NCBI GenBank assembly: GCA_963830915.1
Contig: CAWHOE010000034.1
Span: 32,001-96,000, forward strand
Direction: 5' to 3'
Source of the DNA: a candidate division FCPU426 bacterium
GTDB taxonomy: Bacteria; Oederibacteriota; Muellerivitia; Muellerivitales; Muellerivitaceae
DNA: 64,000 nt
Shown: in pieces, positions 1 through 9,566 of the stretch
Position numbering within the stretch: position 1 is the stretch's first letter
Layout: each line of letters starts with the position of its first letter
Notes under the pieces: generated by a model
What the model saw: only the letters and a program-made list of their open reading frames with translations
What the model was told of the DNA's origin: nothing
Databases searched by the model: none
Position numbers and translations under genes: made by a program

Positions 1-1
1 T

Positions 2-499
2 TCGGGATACGAAGCTAAGGTTAAGACCAACCTTGAGAACCGTATCAAAAGTATGAAGATGGAGGACAAGATCTTCCAGATCCTGATTCCCTCCGAGGAG
101 GTGACCGAGACGCGCGGCGGCAAGAAGCGGATCGCAAACAAGAAATTCTTCCCCGGCTATATCCTGGTGGAAATGGACATGGACGAGAACTCCTGGTCGG
201 TAGTTCGCAATACACCCAAGGTAACCAGCTTCGTGGGTTCGGGCAACAAGCCGATTCCACTGCCGGATGAGGAAGTCACCGCCATCTTGGAACATATCGG
301 GAAGCGCCGGGAACGACGAGCTTTGAAGAGCCAATTCGAGAAGGGGGATCTGGTCAAGGTGATGGATGGACCATTCTCCAATTTCTCCGGATCGGTCGAG
401 GAGATCAACCCGGAGCGCGAGCGCGTCAAGGTCATGGTTACGATCTTCGGACGTCAGACCCCTGTTGAACTGGAATTCCACCAGATCGAAAAGGAATAG
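2..499 (+). CDS. nusG: Transcription termination/antitermination factor NusG (5'-truncated by window)
   Basis: Frame open from nt 2 (SGYEAKVK...); motifs FFPGYILVEM, VRNTPKVTSFVG and KOW region DGPFSNFSG...VTIFGRQTPVEL; precedes rplK. Confidence 0.97.
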   Translation, partial: SGYEAKVKTNLENRIKSMKMEDKIFQILIPSEEVTETRGGKKRIANKKFFPGYILVEMDMDENSWSVVRNTPKVTSFVGSGNKPIPLPDEEVTAILEHIGKRRERRALKSQFEKGDLVKVMDGPFSNFSGSVEEINPERERVKVMVTIFGRQTPVELEFHQIEKE

Positions 500-550
500 A
501 AGAACAATCCCCCGCGTCAAGGCGCGGGTAGAAAGTAGAAGGAAAGTTTC

Positions 551-977
551 ATGGCAAAAGAATTATCAGCAATGGTCAAACTCCAGATCCCGGCGGGGAA
601 GGCCAATCCGGCCCCTCCTGTTGGACCGGCCCTGGGGCAGCACGGCGTCAATATCATGGAGTTCTGCAAGCAATTCAACGCGGCGACCCAGAAACAGGAT
701 GGCCTGATCATACCGGTGGTCATCTCCATTTATAAGGATCGGTCGTTCACATTCATTACCAAAACCCCTCCGGCTTCGGTGTTGCTATTGAAGGCCGCGG
801 GTTTGGCCAAAGGATTCGGCCGTTCCCAACAAGACAAAGGTCGGCAAAGTGACCGCCAAACAGGTGGAGGAGATCGCCAAGACCAAGATGCCTGATCTCA
901 ACGCTCAGAAATTGGATTCCGCCGTCCGGATGGTCGAAGGAACGGCTCGCAGTATGGGGATCGAAGTTCAAAAGTAA
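551..977 (+). CDS. rplK: 50S ribosomal protein L11, split by a +1 indel near 815 (probable sequence error)
   Basis: N-terminus [35 protein letters not shown]; removing one T at 815-816 restores [31 protein letters not shown]...[12 protein letters not shown] ending TAA at 977. Confidence 0.95.
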
Positions 978-1038
978 GGAAGTCAAGCGATCGGACCTTG
1001 GTGTTGAGCCTGGGAATGGCCGCTAAAAAAGAATGACT

Positions 1039-1077
1039 GTGGGAGCTTCGCCATTAGAGGCGGGGCGTTTGGACCAC
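1039..1077 (+). promoter_or_regulatory. Probable ribosomal protein L1-binding autoregulatory RNA upstream of rplA
   Basis: GTGGGAG...GACCAC outer stem enclosing hairpin GCTTCGCC-ATTAGA-GGCGGGGC, just before the rplA RBS (GGGAGG); position and shape match L1 leader sites found between rplK and rplA. Confidence 0.65.
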
Positions 1078-1088
1078 GGGAGGAAAAC

Positions 1089-1802
1089 ATGAAGAAAGCT
1101 AGCAAGAGAGTCCGGAAGAACAACGAATTGGTTGACCGCACCAAGATCTATCCCCTGGCCGAAGCTGTCAGCGTACTGAAAAAGGCGGCCCCCGCCAAGT
1201 TCAACGAAACCGTCGAATTACACATTAAATTAGGGGTCGACCCCAAAAAGGCAGACCAACAAGTACGTGGAACGGTTTCTTTGCCTAATGGCACTGGTAA
1301 GACCCTAAGGGTCGCCGTCCTTGCCAAAGGCGAGAAGGTGAAGGAAGCGGAAGCAGCAGGGGCGGATATCGCCGGTGATTCCGAATTGGTCGAAAAGATA
1401 GCGGCCGGTTTCCTGGACTTCGACATCCTGGTGGCGACACCCGATATCATGCGCGAAACGGGTAAATTAGGTAAAGTGCTGGGACCCAAGGGGTTGATGC
1501 CCAATCCGAAGGCCGGAACGGTCACCCAAGACGTGGCCCGGGCGGTCAAGGAAATCAAAGCTGGTAAGATCGAATACCGCGTGGATGACCAAGGTATCTG
1601 CCATACGGGGATCGGTAAGATCCAGTTCGGCGAGCCCCAGATCGTCGAGAACGCCCAGACCCTCATCAAGACACTGGTTTCGGTCAAGCCCGCGTCCGCC
1701 AAGGGAACCTATCTGATTTCGGCTTATCTGACCTCAAGCATGGGTCCTGGAATAAAGGTGGACACTACCGAGTTCACGAAGAGCACGGCGAAGAATCTAT
1801 AA
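1089..1802 (+). CDS. rplA: 50S ribosomal protein L1
   Basis: [35 protein letters not shown] and [16 protein letters not shown] motifs; synteny. Confidence 0.98.
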   Translation: MKKASKRVRKNNELVDRTKIYPLAEAVSVLKKAAPAKFNETVELHIKLGVDPKKADQQVRGTVSLPNGTGKTLRVAVLAKGEKVKEAEAAGADIAGDSELVEKIAAGFLDFDILVATPDIMRETGKLGKVLGPKGLMPNPKAGTVTQDVARAVKEIKAGKIEYRVDDQGICHTGIGKIQFGEPQIVENAQTLIKTLVSVKPASAKGTYLISAYLTSSMGPGIKVDTTEFTKSTAKNL

Positions 1803-2001
1803 GAGCTGGTGACATCCCCGGTCTTGAGAGGTTTGGGGTATTTAAGATGCGGAATCGATGGACCCTTTCGACCTTTACGATCGAATGGGTAGCGGACCGA
1901 AGAGTGGGCTGATTCCATCCTTCGGTTCGTCAGTTCGATCCTTGAGGGGATCGAAAACCGTGTTTGGGGGAAGGGAAGTTTACTCCCCTCGATCGCGGGG
2001 A

Positions 2002-2070
2002 TCTCGAAAACAGCGGGCGGCCTTCAGCTTTCTTTGTCGGCTGAAAGCCTTAATGAATGCCTGCCGAGAC
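2002..2070 (+). promoter_or_regulatory. Ribosomal protein L10 leader (L10-L12 binding RNA)
   Basis: CTCGAAAACAGCGGG...CTTAA...CCTGCCGAG pattern typical of the L10 leader, directly upstream of rplJ. Confidence 0.75.
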
Positions 2071-2097
2071 GATCCGGAAGATCAAGGATATACCAAT

Positions 2098-2134
2098 ACC
2101 CTTCATCCGGTCGTTTCGGGTGAGGGGTTTTTTA
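2098..2134 (+). terminator. Attenuator-type intrinsic terminator in the rplJ leader
   Basis: Stem ACCCTTCATCCG / CGGGTGAGGGGT plus T6; a mutually exclusive pairing exists between 2064-2078 and 2106-2119. Confidence 0.65.
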
Positions 2135-2188
2135 TTTCAATCCCCCAACCCCATATTCGAAATTTATTCCGAAAAGGCGGTGATTTTT

Positions 2189-2731
2189 TTGACAGGAGAG
2201 AAAAGAGAACCAAGACCAGAGAAGGTCGAGGAAGTGAAGGAACTGATGGATAAGGTCCAATCAGCCAAGTCGGCGGTGATCACCGGGTATACCGGTTTGA
2301 CGGTGGAGGAGGTCACCCAACTTAGGGCGCAGCTATTCCACGCGAAGGTCGAGTACCACGTGGTGAAGAACAACCTGGCCCGCTTGGCCTTGAACAAATC
2401 CAACATTACCGTTCTGGATGATCTGCTGGTGGGTCCGACCGCCATCGCTTTAGCGATGGGGGACGCGATCGCCCCGGCCAGGGTCCTTTCCAAATTCGCC
2501 AAGGAGCATGAGAAGCTGACCTTGCGCGGAGGATGGATGGACGGCCGTAAGATCACGGTTCAGGACATCAAGGCCCTGGCTAATCTGCCGAGCCGCGAGG
2601 TGCTGCTGGCGAAGATGCTGGGCAGCATGATGTCGCCCGTGTCCGGTATCGTCCAGGTTTTGGCTGGACCCATGCGCAAGCTGGTTTATGTCTTGAGCGC
2701 CGTCAAGGACGCCAAGGCCAAAGCCGCTTGA
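2189..2731 (+). CDS. rplJ: 50S ribosomal protein L10
   Basis: YTGLTVEEVTQLR, VVKNNLARLAL and LANLPSREVLLAKMLG; TTG start at 2189 after AGGCGGTGA (the longer ORF-track start runs through the leader RNA). Confidence 0.96.
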   Translation: MTGEKREPRPEKVEEVKELMDKVQSAKSAVITGYTGLTVEEVTQLRAQLFHAKVEYHVVKNNLARLALNKSNITVLDDLLVGPTAIALAMGDAIAPARVLSKFAKEHEKLTLRGGWMDGRKITVQDIKALANLPSREVLLAKMLGSMMSPVSGIVQVLAGPMRKLVYVLSAVKDAKAKAA

Positions 2732-2798
2732 TCTATTCACCCTGCCCAGGACCCTCAAGGGACCGGGCGTAATTTAAAATTAACGGAGGAAGTTGAAA

Positions 2799-3176
2799 AT
2801 GCCTACTTTAACAAAGGATGAGTTGATCACCGCCATCGAATCGATGAGCGTTCTAGAATTGAGCGAGCTGGTCAAGGCCCTCGAGACCAAGTTCGGCGTC
2901 TCGGCCGCCGCTCCTGTCGCGGTCGCTGCCGCCGGAGCCGGAGCCGCAGCCGCTGCCGAGGAAAAGACCGCTTTTGACGTTATCCTCAAAGCCGCTGGCG
3001 CCAATAAGATCGGCGTCATCAAGGTCGTCCGGGAAGTGACTGGATTGGGCCTGAAAGAAGCCAAGGATCTGGTCGATGGAGCCCCTAAGTCCGTGAAGTC
3101 GGGTGTTTCCAAGGCCGAGGCTGACGGTATCGTCGCCAAGTTCAAGGAAAGCGGCGCCGAACTCGAGGTCAAGTAA
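2799..3176 (+). CDS. rplL: 50S ribosomal protein L7/L12
   Basis: [65 protein letters not shown]. Confidence 0.98.
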   Translation: MPTLTKDELITAIESMSVLELSELVKALETKFGVSAAAPVAVAAAGAGAAAAAEEKTAFDVILKAAGANKIGVIKVVREVTGLGLKEAKDLVDGAPKSVKSGVSKAEADGIVAKFKESGAELEVK

Positions 3177-3190
3177 CCACTTTGTTTTCG

Positions 3191-3227
3191 GGCCCCGTTT
3201 CCCTTTGGGAGACGGGGCCTTTTTTTT
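3191..3227 (+). terminator. Intrinsic terminator after rplL
   Basis: GGCCCCGTTTCCC-TTT-GGGAGACGGGGCC followed by T8. Confidence 0.9.
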
Positions 3228-3278
3228 ATCAATAACCCCTTGAAAGGTGATAATTTAAATCACTTTTTGGAGGCGAAC

Positions 3279-3941
3279 TTGAAGCGCGACAAAGGACTGT
3301 TCATTTCTTTCGAGGGCACGGAAGGCGCGGGTAAATCGACCCAGCAGAAATATTTTTGTGTCTATTTGAAAGACCGCGGTATTCCGTACCTTTTCACCCG
3401 CGAGCCGGGCGGGACTTCCTTCGGGAATCTTGTTCGAAAGAACCTCTTGAACCCCAACCTTACCATCGTTCCCAAGGCCGAGTTGTTCCTGTTCCTGGCC
3501 GACCGGGCCCAGCATGTGGAAGAAACCATCCGACCAGCCCTGGAAAGGGGCCAGATCGTTGTTTGCGATCGTTATATCGACTCGACCCTGGCCTACCAGG
3601 GCGGAGGACGTGGGATGAATTGGGGATTCCTGGAAAAACTCAATGATCTCAGCACGGACTCCCTTAAACCCGATCTGACCCTGGTCTTCGATCTGCCGGT
3701 CCACGAGGGTTTTAAACGCAAATATCGCAACACCCGTAATTGGGCCGGGGACCGCATTGAGAAGGAAAAAAGGGATTTCCACCAGCGGGTCCGACAGTCG
3801 TTCCATAAGATCGCCAAAGCGGAGCCCCGACGGGTCCAAATGATCGATTCCAGCAAGAGCAAGGAAGAAGTGAAAAAAGAGATGTTCAAAGTCATCAAAG
3901 CTTCTTTATCAGCTGGATGGCGCCGAAAGATATTCGCTTAA
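3279..3941 (+). CDS. tmk: Thymidylate kinase
   Basis: FISFEGTEGAGKST P-loop, TREPGGT, DRYIDSTLAYQG; TTG start after GGAGG. Confidence 0.95.
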   Translation: MKRDKGLFISFEGTEGAGKSTQQKYFCVYLKDRGIPYLFTREPGGTSFGNLVRKNLLNPNLTIVPKAELFLFLADRAQHVEETIRPALERGQIVVCDRYIDSTLAYQGGGRGMNWGFLEKLNDLSTDSLKPDLTLVFDLPVHEGFKRKYRNTRNWAGDRIEKEKRDFHQRVRQSFHKIAKAEPRRVQMIDSSKSKEEVKKEMFKVIKASLSAGWRRKIFA

Positions 3942-3954
3942 CGATCGAAAGAGG

Positions 3955-5037
3955 TTGGCTTTGCCCGATTTCATCATTCCCAGACTGGAAAAGTTGGATT
4001 CCCAACCGGAAGTACAAAAACTACTTTTGGGGATCAAGGATTATCCAGGTGTGCAGACCTTTCTTTGGACTGGCCCGGAAGGAACCGGCAAAAGAACCTA
4101 TGCCCTAGCCTGGGTGAGGAGCCTTTTTTGCAAGGAAGGACTCGATTGCCCTGGTTGCGCGACCTGCAAACAGGTCCTGAACAAGACCCATTCAGATCTA
4201 TTTTGGGTTCATCGAGAGCATTTTTGGGCGGAAGACGATAAGGAAAAGAGCAAGACCGAGACAACGGTCAAGGTGATCCGTCGTTTGACCGATAAATTGA
4301 ACCAAGCTCCCCTTTCTGCGCCTTATAAAGTGGCCATCGTCCCTGCCGCCGACGAAATGAATGAGGAAGCCCAAAATATTTTTTTGAAGACCTTGGAGGA
4401 ACCTCCTTCCAATACCTTTGTCGTCCTTTTGGCCGAAAAATCAGGGAATTTCATATCGACCGTTCTATCTCGGTGCCGGCCCATAAGATTCCCTCAGGTT
4501 CCCTTTCATCGGGTTGAAGAAATTTTGGTCAAGGACCAAGGGTGGACAAGGGAAGACGCGAAAAAAGCATCCCTGGAATGCCGTGGGAACATCACTTTGG
4601 CCCTTCGTGCGGCCGACCCGGTTTGGATGGATTTTCGACAAAAGGTCCAGGAAGATTGGGATAGGGGTCTCGGTGGAAACGAAGAGGACTGGCTGATGCT
4701 TGCCAACGAGTACGATCAATGGGAGCCGGACATCCTGGATGACAGGGAAAGAACAGCGACCCAGCGAAAATCGCTGGTTCTTCAGGAGGCTTTTTCGGTC
4801 GTCGTTGGGCTTTGGGAAAGAAGGTTGTTGGGGGAGGCCCCGATTCCAGAGCGTCTGAAGGGTTTTCCGCCGATTGACGTACTGAAAAGCGTCCAGAGAC
4901 ATCAGGACCTGGCGAACGAAACAACATTATCCCTGAAAATGGTCATGGACCATCTGTTCATGGAACTTAGGGATGGCCTCAAGCGTGGCGGGTTAGCCCA
5001 TCATTCGGTGGGTGAAAGCGCCGTCCAAATCATTTAA
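3955..5037 (+). CDS. holB: DNA polymerase III delta-prime subunit
   Basis: GPEGTGK, zinc-binding C...CPGCATC, LKTLEEPP and SRC motifs; tmk-holB synteny. Confidence 0.9.
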   Translation: MALPDFIIPRLEKLDSQPEVQKLLLGIKDYPGVQTFLWTGPEGTGKRTYALAWVRSLFCKEGLDCPGCATCKQVLNKTHSDLFWVHREHFWAEDDKEKSKTETTVKVIRRLTDKLNQAPLSAPYKVAIVPAADEMNEEAQNIFLKTLEEPPSNTFVVLLAEKSGNFISTVLSRCRPIRFPQVPFHRVEEILVKDQGWTREDAKKASLECRGNITLALRAADPVWMDFRQKVQEDWDRGLGGNEEDWLMLANEYDQWEPDILDDRERTATQRKSLVLQEAFSVVVGLWERRLLGEAPIPERLKGFPPIDVLKSVQRHQDLANETTLSLKMVMDHLFMELRDGLKRGGLAHHSVGESAVQII

Positions 5038-5048
5038 CGGAGAAGCGA

Positions 5049-6623
5049 ATGTCGGAAATGAAGAAGACTTTTTATGTGACCACCCCAATTTATTATGTGA
5101 ATGACGTGCCCCATATCGGACACGCTTATTGCACGGTGGGCGCTGATGCCATGGCCCGTTTCAAACGGATGGATGGTTATGAGGTTTGGTTCTTGACCGG
5201 GACCGATGAACATGGCCAAAAAATCGAGAAAACCGCCAAAGAACAAGGCATCACGCCCAAGGAACTGGCGGACCGAGTGGTGGAAAGGTTCAAGGAAGCC
5301 TGGAAAAAGCTGGGGATTTCGAATGATGATTTCATCCGCACCACCGAGGAGAGGCATAAGGCCCCGGCGAGGGAATTCTTCAAAAGGGTCCTGGACAAGG
5401 GATACATCTATCAAGGGGAATATGAGGGATGGTATTGCCTTCCAGACGAGAAGTTTCTCCTTGATTCGGAAGTTGTGGATGGGAAATGTCCCGATTGCGG
5501 AAGGACTGTGGAACGTATCAAGGAACATAATTATTTTTTCGCCATGTCCAAGTTCCAAAAACAGTTGGAAAAGCACTTGGATGAGAATCCGGATTTCATC
5601 CAGCCCGATACCCGCAAGAACGAGTTGGTGAATAATTTCATCAAACCGGGTTTGGCGGACGTTTCCATTACCCGTAACAGTGTTCAATGGGGCATTCCCG
5701 CGCCAGTCCCTGAAAAAACGGTGCTATACGTATGGTTCGACGCCCTATTGAACTATATCACCGCCCTTGGTTGGCCTAACGGGGAAATGTACAAGAAGTT
5801 CTGGAAAGGCGAAGGGGTGGAACGACACGAGACTATCAACCTGATCGGGAAGGACATCCTTCGTTTCCATGCCACCATCTGGCCTACCATGCTCATGGCC
5901 GCCGGAGAGCCACTCCCTCAGCGTGTTTTTGGCACTGGTTATATCAATAAGGATGGGAAGAAAATGTCCAAGAGCTTGGGGAATGTGGTGGACCCTTTCG
6001 ACCTGGTGGAGAAATTCGGCCCCGATGCCCTTCGTTATTATCTCTTGCGGGAGATCCCTTTTGGTCTGGACGGTAACTATACGGACGCTGCCTTTGAATT
6101 GCGGTTCAATGGTGATCTGGCCAATGACCTGGGGAATCTGGTCCATCGAAGTTTGACCATGTTGGAGAAATATTTCAACGGTACCATACCCCAATCGGGT
6201 CCAGAGGGTAATTTAGAGGCTGAGTTAAGGTCGATTGCCATTTCCTACGCCCCCCAAGCCCGTCAAACCATGGTGACCTTCGATTTCCCCACGACCCTAT
6301 CCTCGGCCTGGGACTTAGTGAAAAGGGCAAATAAATACATCGAGGAATCGGCTCCTTGGAAGGTGGCCAAGGAAGGCGAAGCAGGGAAGGAAAAACTGGC
6401 GACTATCATGTTTTCCCTGATGGAATCTCTCCGAGTGACGGCTATCGCCATCGCCCCCTTCATGCCTTTCACGGCTTCAGCCATCTGGAAACAACTGGGT
6501 TACTCGGATGACGTTCACCACCATTCGCTCCAGGAAACCGAGAGTTGGGGGAAGATACTAGTCGGGCAGAAAATCGCCAAGGGACAACCTCTTTTCCCTC
6601 GCATCGAGAAAGAAAAGAAATAA
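5049..6623 (+). CDS. metG: Methionine--tRNA ligase (short form lacking C-terminal tRNA-binding domain)
   Basis: TTPIYYVNDVPHIGH, GTDEHGQK, YVWFDAL, GKDILRFH, KMSKS. Confidence 0.97.
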   Translation: MSEMKKTFYVTTPIYYVNDVPHIGHAYCTVGADAMARFKRMDGYEVWFLTGTDEHGQKIEKTAKEQGITPKELADRVVERFKEAWKKLGISNDDFIRTTEERHKAPAREFFKRVLDKGYIYQGEYEGWYCLPDEKFLLDSEVVDGKCPDCGRTVERIKEHNYFFAMSKFQKQLEKHLDENPDFIQPDTRKNELVNNFIKPGLADVSITRNSVQWGIPAPVPEKTVLYVWFDALLNYITALGWPNGEMYKKFWKGEGVERHETINLIGKDILRFHATIWPTMLMAAGEPLPQRVFGTGYINKDGKKMSKSLGNVVDPFDLVEKFGPDALRYYLLREIPFGLDGNYTDAAFELRFNGDLANDLGNLVHRSLTMLEKYFNGTIPQSGPEGNLEAELRSIAISYAPQARQTMVTFDFPTTLSSAWDLVKRANKYIEESAPWKVAKEGEAGKEKLATIMFSLMESLRVTAIAIAPFMPFTASAIWKQLGYSDDVHHHSLQETESWGKILVGQKIAKGQPLFPRIEKEKK

Positions 6624-7391
6624 ATGGCCGGACTCATCGACACGCACTGTCACTTGGATGACGAAAGACTGGTCGGAGAAGAAAAGGATATTCTCCAAAG
6701 GTGCCGGGAGGCGGGAGTGGGAATCTGTGTCACGATCGGCACGGACGAAATCACGTCAAAGGCGGCAGCCGTCCTGGCTTCCCGCCATCCTGGGATAATT
6801 TACCACACGGTAGGCGCCCATCCCAATGACGCTGACCGATTCACGGAAGTGGAGTTGTCTGAAATAGAAGGTTTGGCCCGAGAAACCCGCCCAATAGCTA
6901 TCGGCGAGGTGGGACTGGATTATTTCCATTCCGCCGACCGGATCAAGCAAAAAGTCCTTTTTGCCCGAATGATCCGGTTGGCCCATCAAATCTCTTTGCC
7001 CCTAGTGATCCATGATCGGGACGCTCACGAAGATATCTACCAACAACTCAAAATGGAAGCTTCGGGAATGAAGATCCTAATGCATTGCTATTCGGCTGGA
7101 ACAGCCTTTGTGGAAAGATTCCTTGATATGGGTTGTTATTTTTCCGTCGCGGGTCCGGTCACCTTCAAGAATGGGCAAGATGTGAGGGATGCCGTGAAAC
7201 TCATCCCCTTGGATAGGATCGTAGTCGAGACGGATGCCCCTTATTTAGCTCCCCATCCTAATCGGGGAAAACGCAATGAGCCGTCCTTTGTGAAATTCAC
7301 CGCGGAAAAGGTGGCTGAGGTCAAAGGAATCCCTTTCTCAGAACTGGCTGAAGTGACTACAAACAACGCCAAGAAATTCTTCGGGATATAA
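6624..7391 (+). CDS. tatD: TatD family hydrolase/DNase
   Basis: IDTHCHL, AIGEVGLDY, HDRDA, MHCYS, ETDAPYLAP, RNEP. Confidence 0.92.
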   Translation: MAGLIDTHCHLDDERLVGEEKDILQRCREAGVGICVTIGTDEITSKAAAVLASRHPGIIYHTVGAHPNDADRFTEVELSEIEGLARETRPIAIGEVGLDYFHSADRIKQKVLFARMIRLAHQISLPLVIHDRDAHEDIYQQLKMEASGMKILMHCYSAGTAFVERFLDMGCYFSVAGPVTFKNGQDVRDAVKLIPLDRIVVETDAPYLAPHPNRGKRNEPSFVKFTAEKVAEVKGIPFSELAEVTTNNAKKFFGI

Positions 7392-7480
7392 CTTTTTTGA
7401 TGTTTTGACCCTCGCTTACGGCTCGAAAAAATGTCGAGGTTCGGTCCGTTCCTTTTATGATATTAAGCAGGAGATTGAAT

Positions 7481-7624
7481 ATGTTGGATGAACCACTGGA
7501 AGAACGGAATATTAGCAAGCCAAGCAAACTTAGAAACGTCTTGTTCTTGATCGTCATGGTGTTATTAACGGCTTTGTTCTTATTCCTTCTCTACTTAGCT
7601 CTCATGAATCGAATAAAAGAATAG
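7481..7624 (+). CDS. Small single-pass membrane protein (47 aa), not in ORF track
   Basis: AGGAG RBS then ATG; MLDEPLEERNISKPSKLRNVLFLIVMVLLTALFLFLLYLALMNRIKE*; one hydrophobic stretch; fills the tatD-trpD gap. Confidence 0.6.
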   Translation: MLDEPLEERNISKPSKLRNVLFLIVMVLLTALFLFLLYLALMNRIKE

Positions 7625-7758
7625 GATTTTCGATCCGCCATAAAGCCGGTTCTTTAAGGCTCAAAGCGGGTTTTGCGTTCTTTTCCGTACCCTACTATTG
7701 GCTTTAAAGCCCTTCTGAGTAAAATAACCCCTCCATTCCATCCTGAAAGGCTGGTCCC

Positions 7759-8784
7759 ATGATCCGTGAAGCATTGGTCAAACTGTCCCAAAAACAGCAG
7801 CTTTCCGAAAAGGAAGCTTATGACTGCATGATCGAGATACTGGAAGGCACGGCTCTTCCGACCCAAGTAGCCGCTTATCTGGCCTTTTTGAACCTGGAAT
7901 TCGAGACATCTGATGAGGTCGTCGGCAGTGTCAAGGCCATGAGGGAAAAGATGGTGCGCCTTAACGCCGAAGGTTTGGAAGCCATCGATGTTTGCGGGAC
8001 CGGTGGGGACCAAAAAGGGACATTCAACATCTCCACCACCGCTTCGCTGGTCCTTGCCGGCGGGGGAGTGAAGGTCGCTAAGCATGGTAATCGGGCGGCA
8101 TCCAGCAAATGCGGGAGCGCCGAAGTCCTGGAAGCCCTAGGAGTCAAGATCGACCCGACTGTCCCGGTCCTGGAGAGGTGCCTAAGGGAAGCGGGAACGG
8201 CGTTCCTTTTCGCGCCCCATTTCCATCCCGCGATGAAGAACGTCGCTTCCATCCGAAAAGAGCTTGGATTCCGCACCATCTTCAACGTATTGGGACCCAT
8301 GAGCAATCCCGCCTCGGTCAAAAGGCAGGTCATCGGGGTCTATGATCCCCAAAGGGCCCGCTTGATGGCGGAAGCCTTGATACAGTCGGGGACCCAAAGA
8401 GTGGTTACGCTGCACAGCAAGGACGGATTGGACGAGGTATCCTGCGCTGACGAAACCTTTCTTTGGGAATACCGGGTGGATCAAGGCAAGGGGACCAGCC
8501 GGGTTTCGGAAGTCATCCGACCTGAATATTTCGGGTTCAAACGCAGATCTCTGGAAGAAATCAAAGGCTTGGACGCGGTCACGAACGCCAAGATCATTAT
8601 GGAAGTCCTGGAAGGGGCAAAAGGTCCTTACCGGGAGGCGGTAGTCATGAACGCGGCGGTCGGCTTTTACGTAGCGGATAAGTGTCCCCAGATATTGGAC
8701 GGAAGAGCTCTAGCCGAGGAATCCATCGACTCGGGAAAGGCTTTGAGGGCCTTGAAAAAACTGCAAGAAGTGTCCTGTTCATGA
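7759..8784 (+). CDS. trpD: Anthranilate phosphoribosyltransferase
   Basis: DVCGTGGD, FNIST, KHGNRAASSKCGSAEVLEALG, RTIFNVLGP. Confidence 0.97.
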   Translation: MIREALVKLSQKQQLSEKEAYDCMIEILEGTALPTQVAAYLAFLNLEFETSDEVVGSVKAMREKMVRLNAEGLEAIDVCGTGGDQKGTFNISTTASLVLAGGGVKVAKHGNRAASSKCGSAEVLEALGVKIDPTVPVLERCLREAGTAFLFAPHFHPAMKNVASIRKELGFRTIFNVLGPMSNPASVKRQVIGVYDPQRARLMAEALIQSGTQRVVTLHSKDGLDEVSCADETFLWEYRVDQGKGTSRVSEVIRPEYFGFKRRSLEEIKGLDAVTNAKIIMEVLEGAKGPYREAVVMNAAVGFYVADKCPQILDGRALAEESIDSGKALRALKKLQEVSCS

Positions 8785-9566
8785 GCATCCTTGAGAAGAT
8801 CGCCGAAACCAAACGGGAGGAAGTCGCCCGACTGAAAAGGGAAAGAGGATTGGTTTCCCTCAGATCTGGAGCGCTTTCCCAAATCCCGGCCATGGATTTT
8901 CGGAAGGCTATCTTTCGGCCAGGAAAACTATCCTTGATCGGGGAGATCAAGAAAGCCAGCCCGTCAAAAGGGGTGTTGCGGGAGGATTTCCAGGTCGAAT
9001 TCCTGGCCCGAACTTATGCCAAGGCCGGAGCCAATGCCCTTTCCATTCTGACCGATGTTACCTATTTCCAAGGCGCGCTTGCCAACCTGCCGAAGGGGAA
9101 AACTTCCTCGGGTTTGCCTGTGCTTCGTAAGGATTTCCTGATCGATGAACATCAGGTATATGAAGCTCGAGAGGCGGGGGCGGACGCCGTTCTTTTGATC
9201 GTGGGTTTGCTTTCCTTGGCCCAATTGAAAGATCTGCAAGCTCTGGCAAACCAGTTGGGAATGACTTCATTGGTCGAGATCCATGATCCGATGGAACTGG
9301 AAACGGCCATGAAAGCCAAAGTTTTCCTTCTGGGGATTAACAATCGAAATTTGAATGATTTCAAAGTCACACTTCAAACCTCGCTGGACCTGATGAAAGG
9401 TTTGCCCAAGGACCTGCCGGTGGTCAGTGAGAGCGGCATTTTTACCCGGGCTGACGCCGTGAAATTGCGTGAAAATGGTGCTTCCGCCATATTGGTCGGC
9501 GAGGCATTCATGACATCTCCCGATATTGAAGCGGCTGTAAGGGCGCTTCTCCCCGAGGACCGTTGA
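8781..9566 (+). CDS. trpC: Indole-3-glycerol phosphate synthase
   Basis: EIKKASPSKG, LRKDF, GADAVLLI, GINNRNL, SESGI; ATGA overlap with trpD. Confidence 0.97.
   Translation: MSILEKIAETKREEVARLKRERGLVSLRSGALSQIPAMDFRKAIFRPGKLSLIGEIKKASPSKGVLREDFQVEFLARTYAKAGANALSILTDVTYFQGALANLPKGKTSSGLPVLRKDFLIDEHQVYEAREAGADAVLLIVGLLSLAQLKDLQALANQLGMTSLVEIHDPMELETAMKAKVFLLGINNRNLNDFKVTLQTSLDLMKGLPKDLPVVSESGIFTRADAVKLRENGASAILVGEAFMTSPDIEAAVRALLPEDR

Noticed and set aside
811..820. Programmed frameshift or true pseudogenisation of rplK
   Set aside because: No slippery sequence; both halves look fully conserved; a single extra T is best explained as sequence error.
7400..7758. trp attenuator or T-box upstream of trpD
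   Set aside because: No Trp-rich leader peptide, T-box consensus or convincing terminator found.
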